NCBI GenBank assembly: GCA_964016885.1 | Contig: OZ024740.1 | Coordinates: forward strand, 301,444,001-301,508,000 | DNA length: 64,000 nt | DNA from: Eledone cirrhosa | Lineage: Eukaryota | Direction: 5' to 3' | Shown here: positions 25,393 to 39,220 of the stretch, one piece after another | Numbering within the stretch: position 1 is the first letter of the stretch | How the letters are laid out: each line of letters begins with the position of its first letter | Made by a program: the position numbers and the translations under genes | The notes under the pieces: generated by a model | Databases searched by the model: none | Seen by the model: the letters and a program-made list of their open reading frames with translations, nothing else | Told to the model about the DNA's origin: nothing

Positions 25393-25457
25393 TATTTTGT
25401 CTGATGAAAGCATACCATAATTTAACATGGTATCCTTGAAATATGTATAATAAAATA
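25393..25457 (+). ncRNA. Type I hammerhead ribozyme at the 3' end of a PLE remnant
   Basis: TATTTTGT CTGATGA AAGCATACCAT AATTTAAC ATGGTATCCTT GAAA TATGTA TA ATAAAATA; (TA)n begins about 40 nt later. Confidence 0.85.
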
Positions 25458-25496
25458 AATATGGTTTTATAAATATAGTTTCCATTTGTTAATATC

Positions 25497-25541
<45 letters not shown>

Positions 25542-25589
25542 TATTTATATAATTATATATATACATATATATTTACATAATTATATATT

Positions 25590-25650
25590 TAGTCTAGAAA
25601 TAGCCGTCGAGACGGCTAGAGCTCTGCCGTCCGGGTCATACTTTTTCCTA
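25590..25650 (+). mobile_element. Micro-PLE family B fragment without tail
   Basis: GTCTAGAAATAGCCGTCGAGACGGCTAGAGCTCTGCCGTCCGGGTCATAC...CCTAT|(TA)n. Confidence 0.65.
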
Positions 25651-25678
25651 TATATATATATATATTTATATAATTATA

Positions 25679-25762
<84 letters not shown>

Positions 25763-26924
25763 TATTAATGATATTAACAATATTATTTTTGGGTGATATG
25801 AGGCTGATGATTATAGTGATCAATATGATCATCATCATCAACATCAACACCATCAACATCATTACACTATGGTGTGGGGTCGGGGTTGATACCACTGGCG
25901 GCGATTGGACTGTTGTGGGTGAAGATGATGATGGAATAATAACATATAATATGAGTATGGCAAACATTAGTTAAGGTACATTCGCTGGATGGACTTATAT
26001 AAAAAATGAATATTTGAAAAGATTGCACCATTTTGTTACTTTTCTGTTAAGTGCTAACAACATTAAGAAGCATGTTGTAATAAACAGATCGAAAATCTAT
26101 CAACTACTTGCCATAGACATTATCAAGATGTATACAACAGATGATAATCAACTGAAAATAAATCTTCCAAATGAACTATATGGATATACTAAGGGAATTG
26201 ATATCAGACTCAGTTGAGAAAATATGACGATACGCAATCAATAGAAGATTAATTAAAAACAGTAATATCATCCAAGATAGTATAAGACATATAATAGTAT
26301 TATTTTTAAAAGAAGCATCGGAAAACTGATTTACAATTATTTGGAAAGAAATGAATTAAACAGTACCTTACACACAAATGAAAAATACGTTTTAGAAATA
26401 AATATGATAGATTGATTCGATTAATATACAAAACGATGGCAAATTCTAAAAAGTAAGTACCGATAGCTAAGCCGTCCTAATGAGAAGATCTATATGTATA
26501 TTTATAATATGTTTAAGTTAATGATGAATGAACTAGCAACGCAATAAAAACATTCCTAAATCTCTGACACAGAAAAATGATTATGTTTTCCACTGACATT
26601 ATTAGAATGTAATTTCATTTTTTTCCCCCACTAAATTACACAATCTTTCACTGTAAACATATCGCATAGAGACAAGAAAATATTAATACAAATACGTACA
26701 AAACGCGTTTTTCCTTCAAATACACAAATACAAAATACCAGCAGAAATGAAACAAGAAGAATAAATCGTCTATATAGCAAATAATTGAAAAAATTGGGTG
26801 GTTAACGGAAAGAGCTGCACTGGAATAAGAAATAATATTTCACAGGAAGAATGAGACATATGAAAATTCGAAATTGTATTAATGGTTATTATTGTTATGG
26901 TTATTATAGTTAAAAATAATAATC

Positions 26925-27315
26925 ATAATGTTTCTCCTTTTGGAACAAGGCCAGCAATTACCCCAGTGCATAGCTAGTGCTTTATTTTACTGACTTCGTA
27001 AAGATGAAAGGCAAAGTTAACCTCAGTGGATTTGAACTCAGATCGTAAAGAGCCATAAATCGATACTGCAAAGCATAGTTTCTGACGCTCTACCGATGCT
27101 GCAATAATAATAATAATAATCATAATAATTGTTTCTACATTTAGGCACAAGGCCAGCAATTACCCAGTGTATTACTGGTACTTTATTTTATCGACCCCGT
27201 AAGGATGAAAGGCAAAGTCAACCTCGGCGGGATTTGAACTCAGATCATAAAGGGACGTAACTATGCTGGAAAGCATGGCGTCCGACCCTCTACCGATACT
27301 GCCAATCCACCGCCC
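26925..27315 (-). mobile_element. Two head-to-tail SINE copies (26925-27102, 27122-27315)
   Basis: Reverse-complement consensus twice, separated by (TAA)n. Confidence 0.9.
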
Positions 27316-27351
<36 letters not shown>

Positions 27352-27353
<2 letters not shown>

Positions 27354-29842
27354 CTTTCTTTATTAACCACAAGGGTTTACACAAAGTAGACATTAAGGAC
27401 AGTACAGGACAATACAAGACGATACAAATGAGCATTTCTGCGTGTAAAAAACCCAGATAAACAGAGAATGTAACAAAAAAAGGAAGAATGAAACATTCCC
27501 CAATACGGGGGAGACTTCCGAGGGACATTCGTGGAGAAAGCCCATTAAAAAAAGTAACGGTGACGCTGACCACCAGCGCAATTGCCCTCTCCCAGTTTTC
27601 CACCTTCAATTTACAGACACATACTCAAAGTAGGCCCATTCACACGGGCCATTCTGTCCTCTCTCACCCATCTTTCAACAACATGCTGGGAAGAGAGCAC
27701 TTCCCTCTCTACCCTGATTTTCCCTTTTAAATAAAATATGAAAAGGTTAATCAGGGCATCACCGAAGAGGTAAGTGCTCGTCTTCAGCCCTTTCAAACGC
27801 GTCCACCATACTATCTCTTTCGCCATGGCCACCAGACAGATAAAAATTGCCTGCCCTTCCCGGCTAAAGGAAGGGGGCGGGGCAATCATCGCGATGGACT
27901 CAGCTGATAGCTGGATCCGTCCTACACGCGACAGCAGGTGTTCGACATACACCCACAAGTCAGCAATGCTCGGACATTGGACGAGTGCGTGGAGGACGGT
28001 TTTGTTGCCCTGCGCGCATCTCGGACATACCAGGCTGGCGGCACCTCCTTGTCTGTAGAGTATATTCCGAACTGGCAAAGCTCCTCGGTAGCACAGCCAG
28101 GCCAGGGATTTCTGGAAGTTGTCCATAAGCCCCGGCCCGAAAGTTCTTCCGAAGAGATTGACCAGTTGATTTTCATCGATGCCTAGAGTTTCTCCAAGTA
28201 CGTCGTCGCTCTTCCCCTCCACTAATCCTCTATAGAACGCCGAGGTGGAGTCTCCACGGATCACATTGCCCGATTGGTCGAGGGCTGTGAGCACTTGAAG
28301 ACATTCCAGTCTCCAACCGCTCTCGTAGTTCAGATCTGTAAAGAAGACGAGGTGGGAAAGACCCGTCTAGCAAGCAATGGGCGACCACACCTGATCGCCG
28401 TCGACGAAGAGGTGGAGATGTTGTAGCCTGAGCGCGTGTATGCGCATCATCAGCCACGGCATGCGAGCCCTCCACGTAGCGGGCGTTGACAGCAGATGGA
28501 CCGCCTGACCATCAGAGCGCGTCTTTTCCACAAAAAGCGAAAGAGTAAAGGCTACAGAGCAGTCAGGCAAGGCTTAGGACAAGACACGGGGGTCAGGCGG
28601 TGTAGATGACGGACGCTATGTAAGCGTTAGCCACCTCTCGACCTTTCAAGGATAGCTTCCTCTCCGTCCATTTCTGGGTGACAGAGGCCACCCTGCTCGT
28701 CACCTCGTTCCAGTTTTTGTCCATCTGGAGGTCCGGAGCGAACCAGACCCTAGCAATGGGCCTGAAATTATCTATGTTATCCCACTTGTCGGATCCTTTT
28801 TCAGCAGCGTCACAGCTCCTCGGCTCACAGAACTGTTGCCATTGCAGTAGTCTGGCATCTGTACGTAATGTTCAGACCATCAAAACCAGGCGATTTAGCC
28901 CTTGTCCAGCCAGTCATTGCCTCCCGTACTTCAGCTGCTGTTATCGGCTTTTCGCAACACTCAGCCTCAGTGGCCGAGAGCCGCGGCAGTCCGTCGAGGT
29001 AGACACTAAAGTCCATCCCTCGATCCGGCCCGCCGTTTCCCACAAACCGCTGAGTGAAGTGTCGCTGAAAAGCTTCACACATTTTCCCGGGAGAAAAGCT
29101 TCACACATTTGCCCATGTAGCATGCGCCCGTCGTGGTCCACCAAAGACCGGATCGTGGCTTTGATGCCACGACGTGCTTCCGCCTCACGGGCCCATTGAA
29201 CGGCTTTCATCCCCTCGTGACTCAGAGCAGGCACCCTAGCTCTGACAACGAAGCCTTCGTGCTTTGCATCGAAGAATTTGTCAAGTGCCAATTTCGCCGC
29301 TAGTACGTCGGTCGCGATGATTTGCTAAGCGCCTCGTCTAATTTTCTAACTAGATCTCCCTCTGCTCTATTTTTCTCTATTGCTAAAGCCTTACTAAACC
29401 TAATGGACTCTATTCTAATCACTCTTTTCAGGGCAAACCACCACTTGTTGTTGACGATGGCCCCATCAACGCAGACAAATGCGCTAATCCGGTCTCTCTA
29501 GGCCTTGCGCGGTGGTAATGACGCGTTTAGCTTCCAGTAGCTGGGTCCTCGTCTAAAAAGCCTTTTTAAGTCAACCACACAGATCAGGAATGTGTGCTCG
29601 GTGTAGCTGACTAACTTGAATTGTGAACAGCCTATGCTAGACATATCTATTTCCCTACAAAATACTCTATCTAGATATGATATGGATGACCCGATGCGGC
29701 TTTTCCAAATCCACGTTGAGCATTCGGGAAATCCAATCGGTACATGTCAGACAGTTCAAAACGCCTGAGCAGGTTGGTGAGGATCTTGCACCCTCCTCCC
29801 GTATCCGCTGATCCGACACAGTCCCAGCGTGCATCTAGGATT
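27352..29842 (-). mobile_element. Tx1/L1-clade LINE, 5'-truncated with internal deletions
   Basis: APE end (SYLDRVF), KSPGFDGL, and C-terminal zf-RVT (LAWLCYRGALPV...CPRC...TVLHALVQCP); 3' UTR ends in (ATT)n. Confidence 0.88.
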
Positions 29843-30765
29843 CAGGCCACCACAACCTCCACCTCATGCGATACATCGTGGAGAGGGTAGCTAGGGAACC
29901 TGGCACGGGTCGGTCCTTGATCAATTTAGATCAGTCGAAATATTTTGATAGGGTCGACCATGGTTATCTGGCGGCAGTTATTTGGCATCGTTATCAGTCG
30001 GTGGTCCTGCAGCTCTGCACCTGGAGAGGGAGATTCATGCCGTACAACGGCGTCGTCAGGCGCAGGACGGATGGACCGGTTAAATTGCTGGGGGTCTGGT
30101 TCTGTCCGGACCTCCAGACGGACAAAAACTGGGAGAAGGTGATGAGCAGGGTGGCTTCTCTCACCCAGAATTGGACGGTGAGAAAGCTATCCCTGAAAGG
30201 TCGAGTGGAGGTGGCTAACGCGTACATCGCGTCCGCCATCTACTACCGCATGACCGTCATGACTTGTCCTAAACGTAGCTTACTGGAAGGGCAGGCAGTT
30301 TTTATCTGTCTGGTGGCCATGGCGAAAGAGATAGTATGGTCGACGCGTTTGAAAGGGCTGAAGACGAGTACTTACTTCTTCGGTGATGCCCTGATTAACT
30401 TTTTCAAATTTCATTTGAAAAAGAAAATCAGGGTGGAGAGGGTAGTGCTCTCTTCCCAGCATTTTGTTGAAAGATGGGTGAGAGAGGCAAATGGCCCGAG
30501 TGAATGGGCTACTCTGAGTACGTGTCTGTAAATTAAAGGTGGAAAACTGGGTGAGGGCACTTGCCCTGGTGGTCAGGGTCACTGTGGATTTTTAATGGGC
30601 TTTCATCACAAATGTCCCTCGATATCTCCCCCGTATTGGGGAATTTTTCATTGTTATTTTTTGTTGCATCCTCTGTTTTTGTTTTTTACACGCAGAAATG
30701 CCCATTTGTACCGTTCCGTATTGTGCTGTACTTTCCTTAATGTCTACTTTATGTAAACCCATTAT
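29843..30765 (+). mobile_element. Second, inverted and deleted copy of the same Tx1/L1 family
   Basis: NLHLMR...LINLDQSKYFDRVDH...KLLGVWF...LSLKGR. Its 3' ~480 bp mirrors 27360-27860 and ends in (ATT)n. Confidence 0.88.
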
Positions 30766-30831
30766 TATTATTTGTTTTATTATTGTTGTCGATGTTGTTG
30801 TTATTGTTGTTGTTACTATTATTATAACCAT

Positions 30832-32700
30832 TATCTTTCGTAACGCTTTTGCTCTGGCAGATGTCATGCCGACTCTATGCCAAAAGAGCTAGCCATATCC
30901 AATGGCCAAACGTCCTTTGGGTCATTCCTCCTACTTCAACTCTCCAACACCCTCTGTTCGAATTCTTGCTGTTCCCAACAAGTCTGTTTTCTGCATCAAT
31001 CATGTTTTAATGATAATTCCTAGCCCCTCAAACCATGCATCAACCCTTTTACTAAATGCTTCCAATGCACCAACCACAATCTTTACAACTTCTAAATGTC
31101 TGATTCTCCATAGTTTCCTGATTTATCTCACCAGGTCCTTGGTTTATTCTCTACTGGGGTTAATATTTTCATCCAGAGATTATGTTGTCGAGTTTCATTC
31201 GCATTATTGCTGATTCGGCTCTTTGAATCTCTTGAGTTTCTCATCAGCTTGGCTTGATACTTCCAATTAGTAAGCTTTGATCTTGAGCAGCTAAGATGAT
31301 GGCTCTACTCACTGTCTTTAGCTCTGAGCTACGTAGCAACAGATGGGTGTACATCTTCTCATCACTACAATTATTTCTCCAAATGTTTCAATTTCTTCCA
31401 TAGAAGGCGTGGGGGTCAATGCTTATTTTCTCCTTTCCTATTTTTTTCTGAAAAATGACTTGACATCGGATGTGAACAACACATTTTGCTTGTAAAAATC
31501 GTTTCCCTTATTAAATCTTCATATTCTTTGAAATTCTATTTGGACATATTTTATCAGTAATTCTGTTGGTTATATCCGTTATTCTGTTGATGGAAATCCA
31601 TATTTTCTCTTCAACATTATTACCTTCTTTCTTTTTACATTGATTATAGAGAATAGTTCATTTCACATTGTTATTTCCTATGTCATTATTCCTATCTCCT
31701 TTTTAAATTTACTTCCCCATTGTGGCATGTTACTTAAGTTTGATTCTTTTTGCTTTTTCAGAGGCATACATCTCATTTCAACTAACCTAGCAGATGCTTA
31801 ACTGAATTTTATTAAAATCAGTTTCTAATTCTTGTATGATTTCGTGTGTTGCATAGTTAACAAATGATAATTTTGCTTTTAATTTGGTTTGTGTTTGAAG
31901 GTTTTTTTAAGTGGTGCTCTATCACTCAAACTTGTGTATCGTACAACCACTAGAGCATTCAGGATGTTCTACTTCACATCAATCATAAATTCTCTGTGTT
32001 ATTCAACAAATACTTTGTCTTCAAATTCGGGTTCATTAGAATTTTTCATTTCTTCAATCATTTGCCTGATTTGGTCAGATGTCAACCATTCAATTAAGAC
32101 CTGCGCTTGGCTACTCTCTTTATCTGATTCTCCATTTCATACCTTTTTATATTTAGGTAATTTTCAACAGCGTGCTTGATAGTAATTAATCCCATATCTG
32201 TGAGTCCATTAATTCTGAAAATATCCCTGCTAACATTTGTTAACTTATTTACGCCCAAATAGGGTCTGGTATTTTGACATAATGGTCTCCATATTTTGTA
32301 AGAGCTTGTCGTGTGTGTCACTTGATATGGCTTATGTAATGCATGTTAACAAGTGTATATTACTACTTTATTCTTTTCACGGGTCAATTTGATTCTTTAA
32401 CATTTCCGTTTGTGGTATTAGTGGTGATCAACTTTGAGTCGTCCAGTTGAGGCATTCCCCATTCAAGAGACCATCGAAGTCCATTTCGGTGACGATTCTA
32501 TGCCAGTGACTGATATTTTGACTTGGGGCTACTCCCGTCCTGGGCGACGTGCATCCTGATTAACTACAGGACAAGCGATTTTCATTTTTCCTTTTTCCCA
32601 TAGCGCATTTTATATGTTCAGATGTCCACCTAGTTTTGCCCGGATGAAACGTCCTTTCGATAGGGAGTGCACAGTGTTAGCTGCCAATGAAAGAAATCTT
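30832..32700 (-). mobile_element. Dong/R4-clade non-LTR element, internally deleted and decayed
   Basis: C-terminus IRKLW...IVVGAL...MQKTDLLGTARI (RLE tail). N-terminal RPYLGVNKLTNVSRDI and KQNVLF motifs. The RT core is missing. 3' end runs into TAA-like repeats. Confidence 0.7.
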
Positions 32701-35671
32701 TATTAATATTCTTCCAGTGGTTGTGCTGGTGGTGGTTGAGTTGAAAGACATGTTTGAAATAGTTGCTGTTTAGAAATGTTTCTGTGGTAGTTGCAGCCGT
32801 GGTGGTGGTGGTGGTGATGAACATGGGTGAGGCGGGGAAAGAATATCAATGTGTTGATGACATTTTTATCGTTTTGTTAATTTTGTTGTGATGGTTGATG
32901 ATGATCATGGAGTTATTTTAATGATTCATTCTCCTTGCTTTGGCCGAATAAAGATCAGTATCATCCGTATTTACATAGATTAACTTGCCTCATCATTTTA
33001 AGAGATTTGCGGGCGGGGTTGTTGCTGTTGCTGACTTTAAAACTTTGTCCTCGCCTTTGACAATTCAGGTGATAACCGATGTGGTATGATTTCATTTTGT
33101 TCAAACTATCATAGCGAAACCATGGGGTTAGATTCCTGCCGTAGTCACTCTCTCTAGCATCGGAGCTAAACCACTTGCCAGTGAGTACATGATCCAACGA
33201 AACATTGAGCAGCAATATGATATTAGCCGGTCGAGTGTATCGTTATGTCACCCATTAACCTGAAACCATTATTATTATTGTTTGTAGTAGTAACAACATA
33301 AATAGTAGTAGTACTCATTGTTGTTATCATGATATTTTATTGCGTTTCGTTTGTTTTGGTGTTGATATTTCTATTTGATTAAGGGTATTTTTCCAAATAT
33401 GTGGGCAGTACATAGTAGTTGTATTTTCTGTATTTGAATCCTGGACTATATAATTTTCATCTTACCCAGAGTAACTAACATTATGAGGTTTGATTCTGTG
33501 TTCATCTACCATGTCAGGACTATTTCTCTCTCCTGATTTGTTTATATAGTTAATTTTTTCCGTTAATTTGATATATATATCGCTGTCCATTGGGATAGAT
33601 ATATCAATTCGAAAACATGTTTATGTTTGGGTCTTTCACTATACTATCCGGTGAGTTGGATTTCATTCTCCTGTCCTACTCTATTAGTACATCCAAGAGT
33701 ATGTTTCTTTGTCATTCCGACACCTTTTCTGTAGTGCATTTGTACTATTTTTTACTGTTTCGATCTCAAGGTGTCGACGTACGTTCAGTGTTTATAAATA
33801 ACAACCGACCATACTTGGTGAATATTTACGGGGAGCTATAAATAAGCAGCCGGCGAGAAAGTGCTTAACAGTTTCTCTCTGACTACCAAATACCGACCGT
33901 GATTGTATTCATTATGTATATTTGTTAGTTTCTGGTGGTGAGTGTTTGATCTATTTCTTCAATTTGAAATGGCCCTGCCTCGGCCTCTTAACCAGTTCTT
34001 TGAATCTGTATCTAACTTTTTGCGCATCACCTGCGTCCCTATTCGGGTTTCACACATAATGCTCATGTAGGTTGCTTTACCTTTGTTTTAGCATAGCATC
34101 GTGTGGATCTATTTTCAATTTGGTTTTATCGTTTACGAGATTTCTATTGCTATTCCTCTTGTGCTTTCGTTTTTCTCATAATTATCTGTAAATTCCGCTT
34201 CTGTTTTGAATTTCATGATTTCCCTATAGACAGACTATTTTCCTTTTCATTTTATTCATATGTTGTGGCTATTTGTGTAATCCTTCCATTATGCTTCATT
34301 AGATATTTTAGTAATCCCACTGTGGTTATTTTATAATACGTCTCTGAATGTATATATCCTCTATCATCCTGAAGTTTTGGTAGGTATAATATATTTGCAA
34401 TCTGATTCTGTGTGGTGTATTTTAAATACAGTCGTTAATTTTCTGTCAAGTCCAGCTAGTTCGTTTAGAGTCCAGTTCAGAATGTTAAAACACTAGCTCA
34501 TTACTCAGCTCATTACTCAGGTCGCTAGAATATCTATACCAATTTAAAGCCGATTGACGAGCTCTTCACTCCAGAACGAAGGTAGTGAAACACATTGTAG
34601 GCGTTCGGTAAATATAATTTATTTCTGCGGCCCTTCCATGTAGTCGATTCTAAAGGAAAGAAACAAGTATAAATAAAATCATGAATGCTGCTATAGGGTA
34701 AAGTGAGATTGTCCCCTTCAACTGAGCTATTACATTATATCATGAAGAGTGGGTAGTGAACATAGTGTATGACAGGTTAAAACAAAGGTTACACTCACAC
34801 GTTTCGTCCTGAACTTACCCTGAGATAAAGCCACTGTGGCCTTTGCAAACGTGTGAGTCAATTAAAATATATTAGAGGAATCTGATAAAGGGCAGATCAT
34901 ATATTAACGGTATAAAACAATATGCTCTTCTATCAGCAAAAAATTATCAAGAATTTTAATGGAGTTGAAACCATCAAACAAATACATGGAGTAGATATTT
35001 AAAAGTTGCTTACAGTTCAAAAAAATTGTGCATGATATAATTGAAAAGCAAGGACACAGAAATACAGTCTCCAAAGCCAGAAGTACGACAGGGCACATTA
35101 ATCTTGAAGATACAATATACAAGGGCGTGCTGTATAACATGTTTACCTTGCATTCTCTACAATTTACGCTGTTTTAACGATTGACATGAATTCATTACTA
35201 ACATCAAAACATTTACACAGACGAAGACGCAAATCTTTCAGTAATACTAAAACATAGAATATATACGCACTCATACACAGGACACTCACATATACGGAAA
35301 TTTCCACATTGTTTGCATTATATTTCCAGAACGTTTTATGCTTCAGGCATAACATACAGCCCTTTGACTATGTAAAAACAAAAAAAAACAATTCTATTCA
35401 CGTCCACCATCTGACAATTCCTTACACAAAGTTACATTGAAACATTTTGATTTTCACGCCTGCAGAAAGTCGATAAGCATGCATCCTGAGTCTGAGTCAT
35501 GCTTTGAAGTCGAGGTTCACGTTACAAGTATGTCAAATATCTATTCAATATGTTATATTGGTTTATATTTCTTGTCTGATGGACCTGTAATAAACTAACG
35601 AAACTACCGAGAATCAAGAGTCACCATTTAGCCATAGTAAACTGAATATGTATATATATATATATATATAT

Positions 35672-35932
35672 ATGAAAGACGTAAAATAAGAAATTTTAAA
35701 AAATTAAAATTCAACTTACTTACTAAAATGTTCACTCCAACTAATTAGTTTCTGTAAGGGGATAAATATAGTTACATAATATAACTATAGAGAATTCCTT
35801 ACGTCATCAGGGAGTCTATTCTCAGCTAAGTTCCGAGGCGATTTAATTTTTAAAATTTTCTTATTTTACGTCTTTCATATAATTGTTCTGCATGCCCCTG
35901 CATAGAACCACAAAGGTACTAAGACATAACAT
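35672..35932 (+). mobile_element. Micro-PLE family C: inverted arm carrying an HHR plus a short direct arm with tail
   Basis: 35672-35708 mirrors 35842-35879; (TA)n on the left and a short TA run on the right. Confidence 0.75.
35734..35815 (-). ncRNA. Type I hammerhead ribozyme
   Basis: ACTCC CTGATGA C GTAAGG...ATAGTTAT ATT ATGTAACTAT...CCTTAC A GAAA CTAATTAG TT GGAGT; palindromic stem III. Confidence 0.88.
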
Positions 35933-35988
35933 ATATATTTGCTAGCATAGGTGAACATCTGTACACATATGTTGGTAAATGTACTAAT

Positions 35989-36019
<31 letters not shown>

Positions 36020-37024
36020 GTGTGCGTCTGTGGATGTATATATATATATATAGTGTGTGTGTGTATGTATGTTTGTGTGCGTGTGTCTATGCATGTTTGT
36101 GTGCGTGTGTCTGTGTTTGTGTGTCAGGTGGTAGGCTGGGTGTGTTGGTATGTATGTATATTTATATGGCTACATACATCAACGTATAAAGGAGAACAGA
36201 GTGAATTCTAGAATGTTTGCCAGTAAGATATTGAAAGCATGTTAATTAAATTAGTGATTGTATTGAATTTATCTAGGATGTGCACAATATTATAGTTGAT
36301 ACTCGATAGTTAATCATTTTAGAACCTGAGGCGTTCGGTGTGCAATTAATATCCATATGAGGCAATATCCCATGAAACTAGATTTACATACAGTAGGGAA
36401 GATTAAGCATAAATATAAACATGTTCCCCTCTTACCAGTCAGGAATTATATACCAGAACCATAGAATGAAATAATACCTAACGCTCACCTATTATCTAGG
36501 AATGTACGTTTACTATGACAATCTGTATATGAATATATGTGTGCTTGGTAAATTTGATTATTGATAATGGATACATTAATCCATATACTGTTAAAACTCT
36601 GCGATTGCTTGCTTGCTTTCTTGCTTGTCTGTAATGGAATACAGCCAAAAGGGCGCATACTGGGAAAATACTTTGAAAGGAAGTTGACCCTGAAATGTAA
36701 ATACAAATGGAATAAAACAAGCTTCGCGTTAATCGGAATATGGGTTCCCGAGATTTGGGGTTTTTCCCGGTTTTATTAAAAAAGAGAGAGGGAGAGAACG
36801 ATAAAGAAAAATAGATAGTCGTTGTGAGAAAGTAGATTGGAAGAGAGAGAGATAGAGAGAGGGAGAGGAGACAGATATGGAGAATGTAAGAGGGAGAGAG
36901 AGAGCCGGTGTTATTGTTGTGGATATATATATGTGAGTGTGTGTGTATATATGTGTGTGTGTCTTTGAACAGTGTATATAGATCACATACACCCACATAT
37001 ATTTACACACACACGCACACACTC

Positions 37025-37056
<32 letters not shown>

Positions 37057-37217
37057 AGACATATATATATATATATATATTAGAAAGTGAGGTTTTTTTT
37101 ACAAAATGAAAAATAACCGAGGTGTCCTACACGAGTGAAAGTATAAAGAAAAAGAGATGAAATCGAAAATGCAACTGGAGTCTTATTTTTTTTTTAAATA
37201 TATATATTTATTTGGTT

Positions 37218-37255
37218 CCTTTACCGGTTTCGCAGTTCTTCTGCTTTTCAAAAGG
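37218..37255 (-). ncRNA. Minimal type I hammerhead, U3-A8 core variant, in a PLE 3' remnant (~37085-37870)
   Basis: CCTT TTGAAAA GCAG AAGAA CTGC GAAA CCGG TA AAGG: all stems are perfect and C3-G8 is replaced by U3-A8. Confidence 0.8.
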
Positions 37256-37916
37256 TGAGTTGAGATGGAGGGTCTGTGGTTTTTCTCACATCTGGTTGGT
37301 CTCTGAATGTTACTTGTTTTATATGGAAAAAGTGGCTCGAAATGCCAGGTTTTTCGAGAAGTAATTTGATTGGTTTGTCAATAATTATAATAAATTTCGC
37401 GCCAGTTCGCGTTATAATAGTTCTTCAAATAAGAGATAGGGGGGGGGGGGGGGTTGTCACAGGTTGTTTTTTCATATATGAGTGTTTGAATGTCTTTTTA
37501 CTTGAAAAAAGGAGGCTCACGAAGGCTTTTTTGGGGTTGGTTATAAATGAAATTTGGCTGTCACGTGAACAAGTTTTCATTACATTTTTGCGCCCTTATT
37601 TGGAAAGCTATTCTGTAGTCTTTATAGTGAATGTTATGACAATGGAGAGATAGTGGTCAAGAGAAAAGGGATTGGGAGAAATGTTCTGGTTCAGTGAAAA
37701 TGGCCAGCTCGCCGGGGTGTCAGAGTTCAGATTTTCTATTGAAGTGAAGATATGTATGTTTATTTGTGTGCTTGTGTGTGTGCGTAGGTGCAGTATAAGT
37801 ATATATGCAGTATTTGTATATATTCGGGAATAGCGTATGTTCCCATTGATCTCGTTTAAATTTCATTTAAGGCCACCGGCAGTCAAGTTTATATATACAT
37901 ACATATCAAGAAAAAA

Positions 37917-37964
<48 letters not shown>

Positions 37965-37969
<5 letters not shown>

Positions 37970-38961
37970 TATAAACTCAAAATACTCTTTTATAATTAAA
38001 TAGATCAAAGAAGGGAATATTTCCGAGCCGTGTAATACAAATGAATATATGATAGGGATAAACACCGATACAAGTATACATGCGTTCGTATTGTAAATGA
38101 CCAAGTTAGCTAGGTTGAAAAATACTAATTAAAATAATATGGTTTGCCTGTCTCGATTTAAAGTAATTAATCAATAAGAATAACAAACCTATATTCGGCA
38201 ATGGCCGTGATACCCAGACATATTCTAAATCTGTTTCGCAACAATTATTAAGGGAAAGTCACTATATATATACTTAGCTACAACATCAAGACGTAAAATA
38301 TCCGCGTATAGTTCGTACTATCCGTTAGGGTATAATGTGGGGCAGTAATACTGGAAAGCTTTGTGCAATTTATGTTTACAAGCCGAAATTGCCTCAGATT
38401 TTTTGTTTAAGATGTGGTCTTTGGCATAGAGTATTTCCAGGGCCTCAACGGCGCAGAGGTCACATGGTTTTTATTTCCGTTATACGATCTACCCCTAGCT
38501 AGGATCTCCCAGTGTAACTTATATTGAGTATGGATACATCTTAGACTCCAGATAAAAGCTGAAAGTGACGTCATATTCCTACTTAAAGGGTAACGAAAAG
38601 AATGGGTATGAATGTAAAGATGCTGCTTGAATCTTTTGGCGGTTAACCCTATGTAGGCCCTACGGGACTAGGGTGTTTCAACCTTACATTTGTAGACAAT
38701 GTTACTAGAGAGGCGTTTCTCGGATAGGGGGCAGGCAACCCGATTCCTACAATTACAGTTAGTACTAACTACAGGGTTGCACGTGTTCCTACGGCTAGGT
38801 AGTTTAGCTAAATTTGAAGCTGTGATGTTATGTGCAAGGTTAGGAGTCGTAGAGTAAGACATTTTAATAGTATTTCTATTAAACATTTTGCTATATTTAT
38901 GTGTAGGGGGAAAATGCTTCATAATAAGGGAGAGAAATATCTTAGGTAATGGTGTGGCCAC
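37965..38961 (-). mobile_element. Second Naiad-type PLE fragment (linker plus GIY-YIG, coding ~38330-38961)
   Basis: KHFPPTHKYSKMFNRNTIKMSYS...CNCRNRVACPL...IVYKCKV..*..AYIGLT...FKQ...IWSL...W/CDLC..E...LNKKSE...CKH, with one TAG and one frameshift. Confidence 0.85.
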
Positions 38962-39220
38962 CTCTCGTTCGCAGATTCACTTTGATAATTTCAGAAGATC
39001 CCTCCCGTTAAGGGTGAAAGCAGCGATTCTTTGCTTAAACTTTAATCTGTTATTTTAATAAATATATATATATTTATATATTAATGATTAAATATATATA
39101 TATATATATATATAGGTATTGAAGTTTCCGTTGAAAATAGAAAAAGTCATGGGAGTGCAGAGTGCTCTATGTAAGTACCAGAGCAAAATTTAATGTATAA
39201 AATACAATACAATATAATTA

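Noticed and set aside
32620-32690. Twister-like start (CUAACACUG) at the 5' end of the Dong remnant
   Set aside because: The L4 loop and pseudoknot partners cannot be found.
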